DNA of 64,000 nt from Sulfurospirillaceae bacterium. GTDB lineage: Bacteria > Campylobacterota > Campylobacteria > Campylobacterales > Sulfurospirillaceae. The stretch is taken from contig JAWVXD010000003.1 of NCBI GenBank assembly GCA_033723415.1, positions 32,001 through 96,000 of the forward strand, read 5' to 3'. The translations under genes and the position numbers were made by a program. How positions within the stretch are numbered: position 1 is the stretch's first letter; every line of letters begins with the position of its first letter. Positions 19,405-28,432 of this stretch are shown here, piece by piece. The notes below the pieces were generated by a model. That model made no database searches and was not told the DNA's origin. It saw only the letters and a list, made by a program, of their open reading frames with translations.

Positions 19405-22005
19405 TTAAAACAAGTTTGCGTTTTTATCTATCCATTTTAGATATTCAATGATATCATCAACTTGATTAGGCTTCATTCCTTGGTTTGGCATTCTTAGGTT
19501 AAAATAGTTTGTCATTGATTTGATGTAATCGTTATTATACATCTTCTCAGGATGTAAAATCCATTCTTTAACCCAGTGTTCACCGTTTTCATGTCTTCCT
19601 AAAACTCCGACAAGGTCAGGACCTGAGCTAACCTTACCTATAACATGACAACCGTTACAACCACCTTCAAGATATGCGGCATGTCCTCTTTGTGCTGCTG
19701 CACTCATAGGAGTCGCAATCTTTTTAACAAGTAGATCTTTAGCACGAATTCCAACATCTGCAGTTTTTACCATATATTGCCAGATCATATTTTCAAATAA
19801 GATCGCTTTGTTTACATCACCTGCTTTCATTGCTTGATCTGCAAGTTTCTTTTGTGCAGGGATCTTACCGTACTGATCTAATGCATCTGTAGCTAGATGT
19901 TTTACAGTAGGAAATCTTTCGTAATGATTGTCTTTCAAAAATTTCACAACACTTTGGATTACGGCATCAGTAGCTTTATTTGTAGCAACAGTTTTGTCAT
20001 ACTCTGCTTTAAGCTCTTTTGGATTCATTTTTGCCATTTTTAGCTTATGTGCAGAAGTATACTTTTTGTTTGGATCTTTCACTAGAAGATATCCCATCAT
20101 CTCTAAGTGCAGAGCAGAACAGAATTCAGTACAATAGTACGGGAATACTCCCTCTCGATCAGCCTTGAATGTTAATGCAACAGTCTTACCAGGTTCAAGA
20201 GAAGCGTGTACATTGTAATCATCAACCGTAAAGCCGTGAGTTTCATCTTCAGCTCTTTCTAAATTCGTTAGATAAAAAGTGACTGTGTCACCTAAATTAA
20301 CAGTTACGTGTTCAGGATTTATGTGAGATCTAACCATAGTTCCATAAACATAAACATGATTTCCTTTTCTAACTATTCTCTCTTGTCCTGCTAGGGTTTT
20401 ACCTATATGAGTTTTGCCTGTAAAAGGATTTGTTCCCATTGGATATCTAACCCACGGTTGCAATTTGCTAGCTCTTATAGCTACGGCTTGATGAGGTTCA
20501 CCTAAAGGAATCGGCATATCATAAAGAAGCTGCATTTTCTTGCCTCTTATGTCAATTAACTGATGATTTTGTGGATGCAATGGTCCGATTTCGTCAAATC
20601 TGTCTATCGCAAGTTTATTCAAAGCTATGATATAGTCGCCCTGTGGGTCTTCGGTTTTACCTTCCATACCACAAAGATGTCCGATATTGTAGCTAACGTT
20701 TTGTCTATCTGATACTTTACAAGTCAAATAGTTCCATCTTACGACTTGAGAATCAACATACAGTGAAGTATAGATCTCACCGTTTTTCCATTTTTTACCA
20801 TATTGATTATGCAATGGTCCAAGTCCCAACTCTGCTTGACAATGCATAGCCTTTTTCATATCAATTATCGGAATACCGAATGGATCTTTTCCGACAAAAT
20901 CTTTATTGTCTATTAACTTTTTGATCTTTTTCCAGCTGTATACCGTGTCGTGAGTATCTAGCTTACCACATACTACGATATATTTTCCATCAGGAGATAC
21001 ATCCACGCCATGAGGAGATTTTGGCTCCGGAATCAAAAATAGATCGTTGTGTGCAACTGCCACACTGATCGGTATGACTTTCATACCATTGATCATTTTA
21101 TAATTTTTAGGATCTTTTGCCAATCTAGCTAGATCTTTCCAATTGTAAACATGCATAAAGTCCGTATCGTTACGACTCATACCGGCTTCCATAGGAGGGA
21201 GACCTTTTTCGATACCGCCTGTGTACATTTCAGAGTTAAAACTGTTTGTAAAACCCCAACCTGCACTGGCTTCCTTACCTGAATCACTAAGATCTTGCAT
21301 GTAAGGAGGCATCTCAATAGTAAAAGATTTTTTAGGCTCTATTCTTCCTATCTTTGGATCAAATTTCCAAACGGTTACACCGCCTCTATATGTTTCTGCA
21401 TATTCACTTATAGGATGGTAGTTATTGTCAAATGGAGCTGCATATTGACAAGCAGATAAGATATGCTGACTGTTTGGTGTAAAAAATGCACCGCCATGTT
21501 CACTTTTAAACAAAGGATTAACAACTATTTGTTTTGTTACGAAATCCTTTAAATCAATAACTGCAAGTCTTGGATTTGCTTTGTCATTAATAACAAGCCA
21601 CTTACCGTCATACCTTCCATTTTTTTCTGAGAGTGCAGGGTGATGTGTATCTCCCCAAGTGATCTTCTTACCTCGTATATTGCCCTCAGCCAATACTTTT
21701 TTGGTATCATCGTCATATCCCCAGCCTTGCCAAGGTTCAGGAGTAAAAACACCTATGTACTTTAGTATTCTCATTGATGGAACACCATATACTATAACCT
21801 GTCCAGATTGCCCCCCTGAACTGAAAACTACGTATTTATCCCTGCCGCCACTTGGGGTATAAGTCTTTGCTGCGGCAAGTAAATCTTGTTGAGATAGTCC
21901 TCTTTCTTTCATCACCTTAGCTAGTTCAGTTGCTCCGTTGGCAAATGTTGTCAACATCGCTGCCACTGCAATAGCAGATGAAATTTTTGTGACTATACTT
22001 TTCAT
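19405..22005 (-). CDS. nosZ: Clade II nitrous-oxide reductase with C-terminal cytochrome c (cNosZ)
   Basis: Sec-type signal without RR; CuZ His motifs DTHH, EHG, PHG, GPLH, IGH, EPH; CuA motif THG...CTEFCSALHLEM; C-terminal CNGCH...MP. Confidence 0.98.
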   Translation of the reverse strand: MKSIVTKISSAIAVAAMLTTFANGATELAKVMKERGLSQQDLLAAAKTYTPSGGRDKYVVFSSGGQSGQVIVYGVPSMRILKYIGVFTPEPWQGWGYDDDTKKVLAEGNIRGKKITWGDTHHPALSEKNGRYDGKWLVINDKANPRLAVIDLKDFVTKQIVVNPLFKSEHGGAFFTPNSQHILSACQYAAPFDNNYHPISEYAETYRGGVTVWKFDPKIGRIEPKKSFTIEMPPYMQDLSDSGKEASAGWGFTNSFNSEMYTGGIEKGLPPMEAGMSRNDTDFMHVYNWKDLARLAKDPKNYKMINGMKVIPISVAVAHNDLFLIPEPKSPHGVDVSPDGKYIVVCGKLDTHDTVYSWKKIKKLIDNKDFVGKDPFGIPIIDMKKAMHCQAELGLGPLHNQYGKKWKNGEIYTSLYVDSQVVRWNYLTCKVSDRQNVSYNIGHLCGMEGKTEDPQGDYIIALNKLAIDRFDEIGPLHPQNHQLIDIRGKKMQLLYDMPIPLGEPHQAVAIRASKLQPWVRYPMGTNPFTGKTHIGKTLAGQERIVRKGNHVYVYGTMVRSHINPEHVTVNLGDTVTFYLTNLERAEDETHGFTVDDYNVHASLEPGKTVALTFKADREGVFPYYCTEFCSALHLEMMGYLLVKDPNKKYTSAHKLKMAKMNPKELKAEYDKTVATNKATDAVIQSVVKFLKDNHYERFPTVKHLATDALDQYGKIPAQKKLADQAMKAGDVNKAILFENMIWQYMVKTADVGIRAKDLLVKKIATPMSAAAQRGHAAYLEGGCNGCHVIGKVSSGPDLVGVLGRHENGEHWVKEWILHPEKMYNNDYIKSMTNYFNLRMPNQGMKPNQVDDIIEYLKWIDKNANLF

Positions 22006-22060
22006 TGCGCATCCTCCTTATGAATTTTACAATCAAAATTATCAAACTTGTTGAACGAAA

Positions 22061-22102
22061 ACTATAACACGATAATTTTCGCATCACCTTGACCTCTGTC
22101 AA
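22061..22102 (-). promoter_or_regulatory. nosZ promoter with Nss/Dnr-type box
   Basis: TTGA-CCTCTG-TCAA at 22089-22102; 22 bp downstream on the minus strand, extended -10 TG-T-TATAGT (hexamer 22066-22061). Confidence 0.75.
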
Positions 22103-22165
22103 TAGACAAAAATCTATGTCATTTAACATTAAATTAACACTTTGAAGAAATTTTACATTAGATTG

Positions 22166-22220
22166 AGTCTCTTTTTGGTCTCTTAAACCCATTTTGCAAA
22201 AAAGAAACCGAAAAGAGACT
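22166..22220. terminator. 19-bp inverted repeat between response regulator and nosZ promoter (probable terminator)
   Basis: AGTCTCTTTTTGGTCTCTT-17 nt-AAGAAACCGAAAAGAGACT, 2 mismatches. Confidence 0.5.
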
Positions 22221-22270
22221 TTTATAATAAAGATTTTGTAACTTTATTATACTGTTAAGAAGTTTTTATG

Positions 22271-22957
22271 TTAGTCGATCATATAACCTAGTTTGTTCAT
22301 AGTCTTTATATGGTCTGTTCCTAGTTTTTTTCTAAGTTTGAAAACAAGATTTTTAAGAGCACTTGGAGGAGCCTCTTCATATATATACAACTTGTCTTCT
22401 ATGGATTGTTTTGTTACCAAATTGCCGCGATGTGCCAGAAGAATTTCAAAAAACTCTATCTCTTTGTGAGTGAGAGTTATATCTGCATCTTTGTGTTTGA
22501 AAATTTTGTTGTTATAATCATAAGAACTATCCTTATCTAAGTTGATTATATTCTCAGATTTTTCTAGTAAGATTTTGGCGCATTCTTCAAGAAGTCTGCT
22601 TAGGTCACTCCCTTTGATAGGTTTGATTATATATTCTATTAGCGAAAGTTTTATGGCTTCAAGTAAGATATCCTGATCAGCAAACGCACTCGTCACAATG
22701 ATAGGTAGTTCAGAGTTTACTGCCCGAATCTTTTTTATAAGCTCAAGACCGTTTAGCTTTGGCATTCTTATATCAGTAATAATAATATCAGGAGTTAATT
22801 TGTGATACATTTCATATGCTTTCAATCCATCATCGGCTTCATAAACTTTATCCACATATAGAAGTAATACTTTTTTGAAGCTCTCTCGTACATTCTTGTC
22901 ATCTTCAGCCAAAAGAATAGAACTTTTACTTAGAAGAATTTCATATGTTTCTTTCAT
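22271..22957 (-). CDS. OmpR-family DNA-binding response regulator
   Basis: LLAEDD, TDIRMP (phospho-Asp), IKP; winged helix LTHKE...LKNLVFKLRKKL...GY. Confidence 0.93.
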   Translation of the reverse strand: MKETYEILLSKSSILLAEDDKNVRESFKKVLLLYVDKVYEADDGLKAYEMYHKLTPDIIITDIRMPKLNGLELIKKIRAVNSELPIIVTSAFADQDILLEAIKLSLIEYIIKPIKGSDLSRLLEECAKILLEKSENIINLDKDSSYDYNNKIFKHKDADITLTHKEIEFFEILLAHRGNLVTKQSIEDKLYIYEEAPPSALKNLVFKLRKKLGTDHIKTMNKLGYMID

Positions 22958-22990
22958 CTTACCTCTTCATCATAGTACTGATCATTTTTA

Positions 22991-23015
22991 ATTATATCAT
23001 AAATAATGCTATAAT
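22991..23015. promoter_or_regulatory. Back-to-back extended -10 promoters for response regulator (-) and kinase (+)
   Basis: TGATATAAT on minus strand (22999-22991) and TGCTATAAT on plus strand (23007-23015). Confidence 0.55.
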
Positions 23016-23044
23016 TTTTCACAATTTTTAAGAGGGATTTATGA

Positions 23045-24682
23045 ATGCTTAAAGCATCTAGCTTTACAAAACGATACGTTTTGGCTCTTAGTATAACAGC
23101 AACTTTGTCTACTTTGGCATATTATAATCTTGATAGATTGATCAGTATTCAATCAGATAATTCAAGGTTGATAAGCATAAGCAGCAGACAAAAGATACTT
23201 GCTCAACAGATAGCTTTTCATGCTATATACTATAAGATAAAAAATCTCAAACATAATATAAGATTAATGGAAAGTTCACATAAATTATTGATTTCGTCTC
23301 CTATGTCTCCAAGTCTAAAAAAAGCTTATTTTGGACAACCTATGATGTTAAATTTGAAAGTTAAACAGTATATAGAAAATGCCAAAAGTTTTGATGAAAA
23401 AAGAGACGGCAAAAGTTTGACATATCTTTTAAAACATTCAAATCCATTACTCTTAGATCTGGATGAAGCTGTCTCTTTATATCTAGTACAATCAAAAGAA
23501 GATACAAAAAAACTGAAAGAGTTTGAACTTTATATATTTATTTTGACATTATTGACTCTGTTTTTTGAAGCAGTGTTGATCTTTAGACCTGCAAATAAAA
23601 ATATTATAAAGAAAACCCAAGAATTAACAGATGAAAAAGATTATTCAAATGCCGTTATAGAATCAAGTACAAATGCGATTATTACTCTTGATAAAGACCT
23701 AAAAATTCGTACATATAATAAGATGGCAGAGACGATCTTTGGATATACAAAAGCTGACATGTTAAATCAGTCTGCATTTGGAGAAATAGTTCCAAAACAA
23801 TATGAAATTTTATCAAAAGAAGGTGTTACTTCATTTTTAAAGACTTTAAAGCTCGATACTTCTACTGAAGCGTTGGAGTTGGAAGGTGTAAATAAACTCG
23901 GACAAAAATTTCCGATAAGGATCTCTTTTGGAACAAGTGGAGAAAATGATACCATCGCCATAGTCGCAAATATACAAGATATTTCAAAAGAGAAGTTAAA
24001 GGACAAGATACTTCAACATCAAGCAAAATTTGCAGCACTTGGAGAGATGATCGCTATAATAGCTCATCAATGGAGACAACCGTTGGCAGAACTTAATTTT
24101 AATTGTATGTATATAAAAAAGAAACTAAAAGATCCGGAACTTGCCAAAGAAGCACAAAAGAATGAAGACATAATCCAGTTCATGTCAGAAACGATCACAA
24201 ACTTTGAAGATTTTTATAAAAATACGGATAATACGATCTTCAACCCGATTGTTTCTATAAATCAGGCATTGAATATACTTGACTCAGTTCTAAAGTTAAA
24301 TCAAATCAAACTTGTAAAAAAGATAGATTCCAAGATTGCTATATTTGGAAATTCAAATACTTTGGCTCAAGTCATATTGTCAATAATCCAAAATGCCGTA
24401 GATATTATTAAGTCAAGAAAGATAGCAAACCCAACTATAACTATTTCTTTAAAGGATACTAAAAAACATATAGTTTTAAGTATTAGAGATAATGCAGGAG
24501 GTATCGAATCTTTGCCGATTGATGATATTTTTATGCCGTTTAACAGTAAAAAACAAATCCCATCAACGGGAATTGGACTTTATATGTCAAGGATGGTAAT
24601 AGAAAATAAATTTCATGGCTCAATAAAAGCCGGAAATGTAGAAGATGGTGCTATTTTTGCGATATTGCTTCCACATCAGTGA
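23045..24682 (+). CDS. Sensor histidine kinase with NarX/PilJ-like periplasmic domain and PAS domain
   Basis: TM1, ISISSRQKILAQQI (P-box-like), TM2, PAS (NAIITLD..YNKMAETIFGY), H-box IAHQWRQPL, QNAVD, DNAGG, GIGL. Confidence 0.92.
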   Translation: MLKASSFTKRYVLALSITATLSTLAYYNLDRLISIQSDNSRLISISSRQKILAQQIAFHAIYYKIKNLKHNIRLMESSHKLLISSPMSPSLKKAYFGQPMMLNLKVKQYIENAKSFDEKRDGKSLTYLLKHSNPLLLDLDEAVSLYLVQSKEDTKKLKEFELYIFILTLLTLFFEAVLIFRPANKNIIKKTQELTDEKDYSNAVIESSTNAIITLDKDLKIRTYNKMAETIFGYTKADMLNQSAFGEIVPKQYEILSKEGVTSFLKTLKLDTSTEALELEGVNKLGQKFPIRISFGTSGENDTIAIVANIQDISKEKLKDKILQHQAKFAALGEMIAIIAHQWRQPLAELNFNCMYIKKKLKDPELAKEAQKNEDIIQFMSETITNFEDFYKNTDNTIFNPIVSINQALNILDSVLKLNQIKLVKKIDSKIAIFGNSNTLAQVILSIIQNAVDIIKSRKIANPTITISLKDTKKHIVLSIRDNAGGIESLPIDDIFMPFNSKKQIPSTGIGLYMSRMVIENKFHGSIKAGNVEDGAIFAILLPHQ

Positions 24683-25800
24683 TCGTCTAGATCGTAAACT
24701 TCCCTTTTTTTTATCTCTTTAAAATTTAAAACCTTTGTCCCTTTATGATCAAGTTTGAAATTTTCTGCATCATTTTTGTTTGAAAAAGGGATAAGTTCAT
24801 GTCCCATAGGACCGTAAATATTGCTTCCTTCTACAAAATAAGCATCTCTTGCCTCTATAGCCTTTTGTGAGTAATAATCCGTAACTAACATTTTTGTTAT
24901 ACTATTTTTATTGATAAAATCGTACTTTCCCCATTTTGTTGGATCAAAGTAAAATTTCATCATATCTTTGACCCCGTCAAATGAAAGATGATGCTCATGA
25001 CCTTCGTATTTAAAAAAGATTTGAGCAGCCCATCTTGGATATTTATAAGTAAACATACCACATACCGGGCATTTTTCATCTTTTTTTACTATAACTCTTT
25101 CATTATCGGCTCTATATTCTCCATCTCTTTTAACATCCCATAGATAAAGAGACAAAGCTTGTAAATATCTCTCATTTAATTTACCGCATAAATTTTTATC
25201 GGAAATTTCTTTTTTTAGATCGTTTATTTCTATAAAGTCATTGGGATCTATTTTTTTGCACTTTTTTAGATATATGCGTTTTCCCATATTATAGTTTTTT
25301 TTCTTATATATGTTATGCATATAAGCAATACTGGATTTTAAATTTTTTTCTACAGTGCTCAAAGCTTGATTAAAAGATAAAATTTTGCCATCATATTTTT
25401 TTGCGTAGATTAGTGCGTCATTTTTATGTTCAAAAGCAAGAACTCCTATCTTCCCGAATGTCGGCGCTATATTGGAATTTACCAAATAAAATGCATTCTT
25501 AGCATTAATATATTTTTGACTTACCACATCTAAAGCCTTTATATAAGTTTTATCTATCCCGTTCCTTTGATTATCAATAGCAAGAGCAGTTAGAGAAGAG
25601 TATTGTCTAAAGTTCTGGTTTGATTTTAACTTTGAGATAAAAGAAGTTTTGTAGTAATCAATTATACTTTGTCCGGTTATCGGGCACCATCTATTTTGAT
25701 CTTTTTGAACCAAGACCACCTTGGTTGTTGCGTGTTTTATAAATTGTGCGAATAGACTAGGAGAGAGTAAAAGCAAAGTGATTAGTATAATTTTTTTCAT
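24676..25800 (-). CDS. Periplasmic protein with two NosL-type domains
   Basis: Signal peptide; degenerate N-terminal NosL domain (WCPITGQ, QYSS, AKNAFYLV); canonical C-terminal domain (CPVCGM, FDGVKDM, GPMGHELIP). Confidence 0.82.
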   Translation of the reverse strand: MKKIILITLLLLSPSLFAQFIKHATTKVVLVQKDQNRWCPITGQSIIDYYKTSFISKLKSNQNFRQYSSLTALAIDNQRNGIDKTYIKALDVVSQKYINAKNAFYLVNSNIAPTFGKIGVLAFEHKNDALIYAKKYDGKILSFNQALSTVEKNLKSSIAYMHNIYKKKNYNMGKRIYLKKCKKIDPNDFIEINDLKKEISDKNLCGKLNERYLQALSLYLWDVKRDGEYRADNERVIVKKDEKCPVCGMFTYKYPRWAAQIFFKYEGHEHHLSFDGVKDMMKFYFDPTKWGKYDFINKNSITKMLVTDYYSQKAIEARDAYFVEGSNIYGPMGHELIPFSNKNDAENFKLDHKGTKVLNFKEIKKREVYDLDDH

Positions 25801-25831
25801 TATAGAGACCTTATTTTTATCGGTGAATGAA

Positions 25832-25895
25832 ATTTTATCAATAGTTTGTTAAATTTGTGTTGATTAACACTAATTTAACAAACTTGTTTTATAAT
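25832..25895. promoter_or_regulatory. Symmetric divergent promoter with 42-bp palindrome
   Basis: 25843-25884 pairs at 19 of 21 positions; TAAAAT (-, 25837-25832) and TATAAT (+, 25890-25895) each lie 9 bp from a TTAACA. Confidence 0.65.
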
Positions 25896-25923
25896 TTCCA
25901 AAATTTGAACCAAGGAGCAGGTT

Positions 25924-26625
25924 ATGAAAAAGATAATATTATCTTTATTGGTATTTTCACTTATGCTAGTTGCAGGTGATAGTATGAAATCTTCAAAAAA
26001 CATGGGTGATTATAGGGCAGTATCTCCTTCCCATGCACAGATTGAACAAAGTGGAAAGGCAAAAATGTTTTGCCAAGTTTGCGGTATGACACTTCCTATG
26101 TTTTATAGAACAAATCATACTGCTGTAGTAAACGGCAAAGTTCATCAATATTGTTCTATACATTGTATGGTCGAAGAAGCTGTGAAAAATGGCAAAGAAG
26201 TTCTTGATCCGAGAGTTGTAGATAATACAACTTTAAAATTTATTGATGCTAACAAAGCTTATTATGTAGTAGGTTCTAAAAAACCTGCGACTATGTCAAT
26301 GGTAAGTAAGTATGCTTTTGGTACAAAAAAAGCTGCGTTAGAATTTTCTAAAAAATTCGGCGGCAAGATCATGACATATGCAAAAGTTTATAAGATGGTA
26401 AAAGCGAATCTCAAAAAAGAGATGATGGGCATCAAGAAAAAACAGGCGAAGATGGCAAAAATGGGCATGATGATTTATAATAAAATGTGTAAAAAAACTG
26501 ACAAAAGATTTTCAACACCTGCTCTTGCGAAAGTATTTATCCAAGAAAATCATCTTTGCGGTAAGATAAAAGGTAAAAAATTTCAAGCGGTTGCATTGTT
26601 TCTATCTAATAAAGACAATAAATAA
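25924..26625 (+). CDS. NosL-family periplasmic protein
   Basis: Signal peptide; CQVCGM, QYCSIHC, KAYYVVGS, ATMS, FGG. Confidence 0.82.
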   Translation: MKKIILSLLVFSLMLVAGDSMKSSKNMGDYRAVSPSHAQIEQSGKAKMFCQVCGMTLPMFYRTNHTAVVNGKVHQYCSIHCMVEEAVKNGKEVLDPRVVDNTTLKFIDANKAYYVVGSKKPATMSMVSKYAFGTKKAALEFSKKFGGKIMTYAKVYKMVKANLKKEMMGIKKKQAKMAKMGMMIYNKMCKKTDKRFSTPALAKVFIQENHLCGKIKGKKFQAVALFLSNKDNK

Positions 26626-26647
26626 GATTTTCTGTAAATCCTCCTTA

Positions 26648-27280
26648 TTAAAGAATATCTTGTAAATAGTCACGGAGTTTGTCGATATTTTGTATTTTTA
26701 TTTTTGCGGTATCACTTGTACCATAACCCCAATCTGCAAATAAAAACTCTATGTCGGCATTCTTTGCGGCTAGTTCATCTTTGATGCTGTCCCCGATTAC
26801 AATCGACTGTTTTGTATCAATGGAGCTATTTTCTATTATGTGATGAAACATATCAGGTTCAGGCTTCCTATTTTTTACGTTATTCGCCCCGACTATAAAA
26901 TCAAAATAATCTAACATATCGCAATTTGCCAACATATGCTTCGCAAAAAAATCAGATGCGTTTGTTGCTATACTTAATGTAATATTTTTGTTCTTTAAGA
27001 ATTGAAGCAGTTCACGTGCTCCAACATAAGGCTGAACATATAAGTTACTATTTTGTATATAATGCTTGCGAAATAGTTCATGATGAGCCTGTGTGTATTC
27101 TTTTACTCCATAAAATTTCATAGGCAAATCTATATCAGGTTGATTTATATGAAATTCTAGATACTCTTTGGAAATAGGTTCTAAGCCTAAAGATTCTCTT
27201 ATGTGATTTACCGTGCAGGTCATAGCAAAACTTGAATCAAGCAAAGTTCCATCCATGTCAAAAATTATTGATCTTATCAT
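26648..27280 (-). CDS. HAD-family hydrolase (phosphoglycolate phosphatase-like)
   Basis: FDMDGTL, ATN, KPEPD, IGDS..DE motifs. Confidence 0.9.
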   Translation of the reverse strand: MIRSIIFDMDGTLLDSSFAMTCTVNHIRESLGLEPISKEYLEFHINQPDIDLPMKFYGVKEYTQAHHELFRKHYIQNSNLYVQPYVGARELLQFLKNKNITLSIATNASDFFAKHMLANCDMLDYFDFIVGANNVKNRKPEPDMFHHIIENSSIDTKQSIVIGDSIKDELAAKNADIEFLFADWGYGTSDTAKIKIQNIDKLRDYLQDIL

Positions 27281-27472
27281 TAAATTGCTCCATTATCTTT
27301 ATATTGTTATTATTGAAAAATAAAGATGTTCTAATGATAGTAAAATTTATATAATATTCTACTATAATGGTCGTTCATATTCATATTAAGATTTAAATAA
27401 GTTTAAATAATATTTATATTTTATTTAAATTTTAATATTACAATTTCATCTATCAAACAAGGAGAAAAAGCT

Positions 27473-28420
27473 GTGAACAACAAGATTGAAGAGATAAAAA
27501 ATGAGATTGGAAAGATCATAGTAGGCCAAGAAGAATTGGTAGATTCGCTTTTAATAGGTCTTATAAGCGGAGGTCATATCTTGGTTGAAGGAGTCCCTGG
27601 TCTTGCCAAGACTACTGCTATAAATGCACTTTCAAAATCTTTGGGACTTAATTTTAAAAGGATACAATTTACTCCCGATCTACTTCCAAGCGATGTTGTT
27701 GGAACTGAAGTTTATAATCAAAAGGACTCTAGTTTTGTGATCAGAAAAGGTCCTATATTTACTAATCTTCTTTTGGCAGATGAGATAAATAGAGCTCCTG
27801 CAAAAGTACAATCTGCACTTTTAGAAGTTATGCAGGAAAAACAGATCACAATATCGGATACGACTTTCAAGCTAGATGAGCCGTTTTTAGTCATGGCTAC
27901 GGAAAACCCGGTTGAGCAAGAGGGTACATATAGACTTCCGGAAGCACAGTTGGACAGATTTATGCTTAAAGTAATGGTTGGATATAACACAATTGATGAA
28001 GAGTTTGATATCGTTCAAAGAGTTGCAAAAAACGGTTTTAAAGAAGTGCATCAGGTTGCCGGTATTAAAGATATATTGGATTTACGAGAAGAGTTAGACA
28101 ATGTTCATGTTGATGATGAGTTACAAAGATATATGTTGAAGATCGTTTTTGCGACAAGATATCCTCATAAGTATGGATTAGAGGACCTAAAAGATATGAT
28201 AGAGTTTGGCGCAAGTCCAAGAGCATCAATAGATATGTACAAAGCCAGTCGTGCTATGGCTCTTTTAAGAGGAAAAGATTTTGTTACTCCATTGGATGTA
28301 GCAAAAGTAGTTCATGGTATATTAAGACATAGAGTGATACTAAGCTACAAAGCAGAATCTGTTGGGATGACAACAGATGCGCTAATTCAAAAAATCATGA
28401 ATTCCATCAAAGCTCCGTAA
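27473..28420 (+). CDS. moxR: MoxR-family AAA+ ATPase
   Basis: GVPGLAKT, RIQFTPDLLPSD, DEINRAPAKVQSALLE, EGTYRLPEAQLDRF, GASPRA. Confidence 0.95.
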   Translation: MNNKIEEIKNEIGKIIVGQEELVDSLLIGLISGGHILVEGVPGLAKTTAINALSKSLGLNFKRIQFTPDLLPSDVVGTEVYNQKDSSFVIRKGPIFTNLLLADEINRAPAKVQSALLEVMQEKQITISDTTFKLDEPFLVMATENPVEQEGTYRLPEAQLDRFMLKVMVGYNTIDEEFDIVQRVAKNGFKEVHQVAGIKDILDLREELDNVHVDDELQRYMLKIVFATRYPHKYGLEDLKDMIEFGASPRASIDMYKASRAMALLRGKDFVTPLDVAKVVHGILRHRVILSYKAESVGMTTDALIQKIMNSIKAP

Positions 28421-28432
28421 GGAGAAAATACG

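Noticed and set aside
21926..22192. 88-aa minus-strand ORF overlapping the nosZ start (possible leader peptide)
   Set aside because: It spans the nosZ promoter elements, overlaps nosZ out of frame, and has no RBS or recognisable motif
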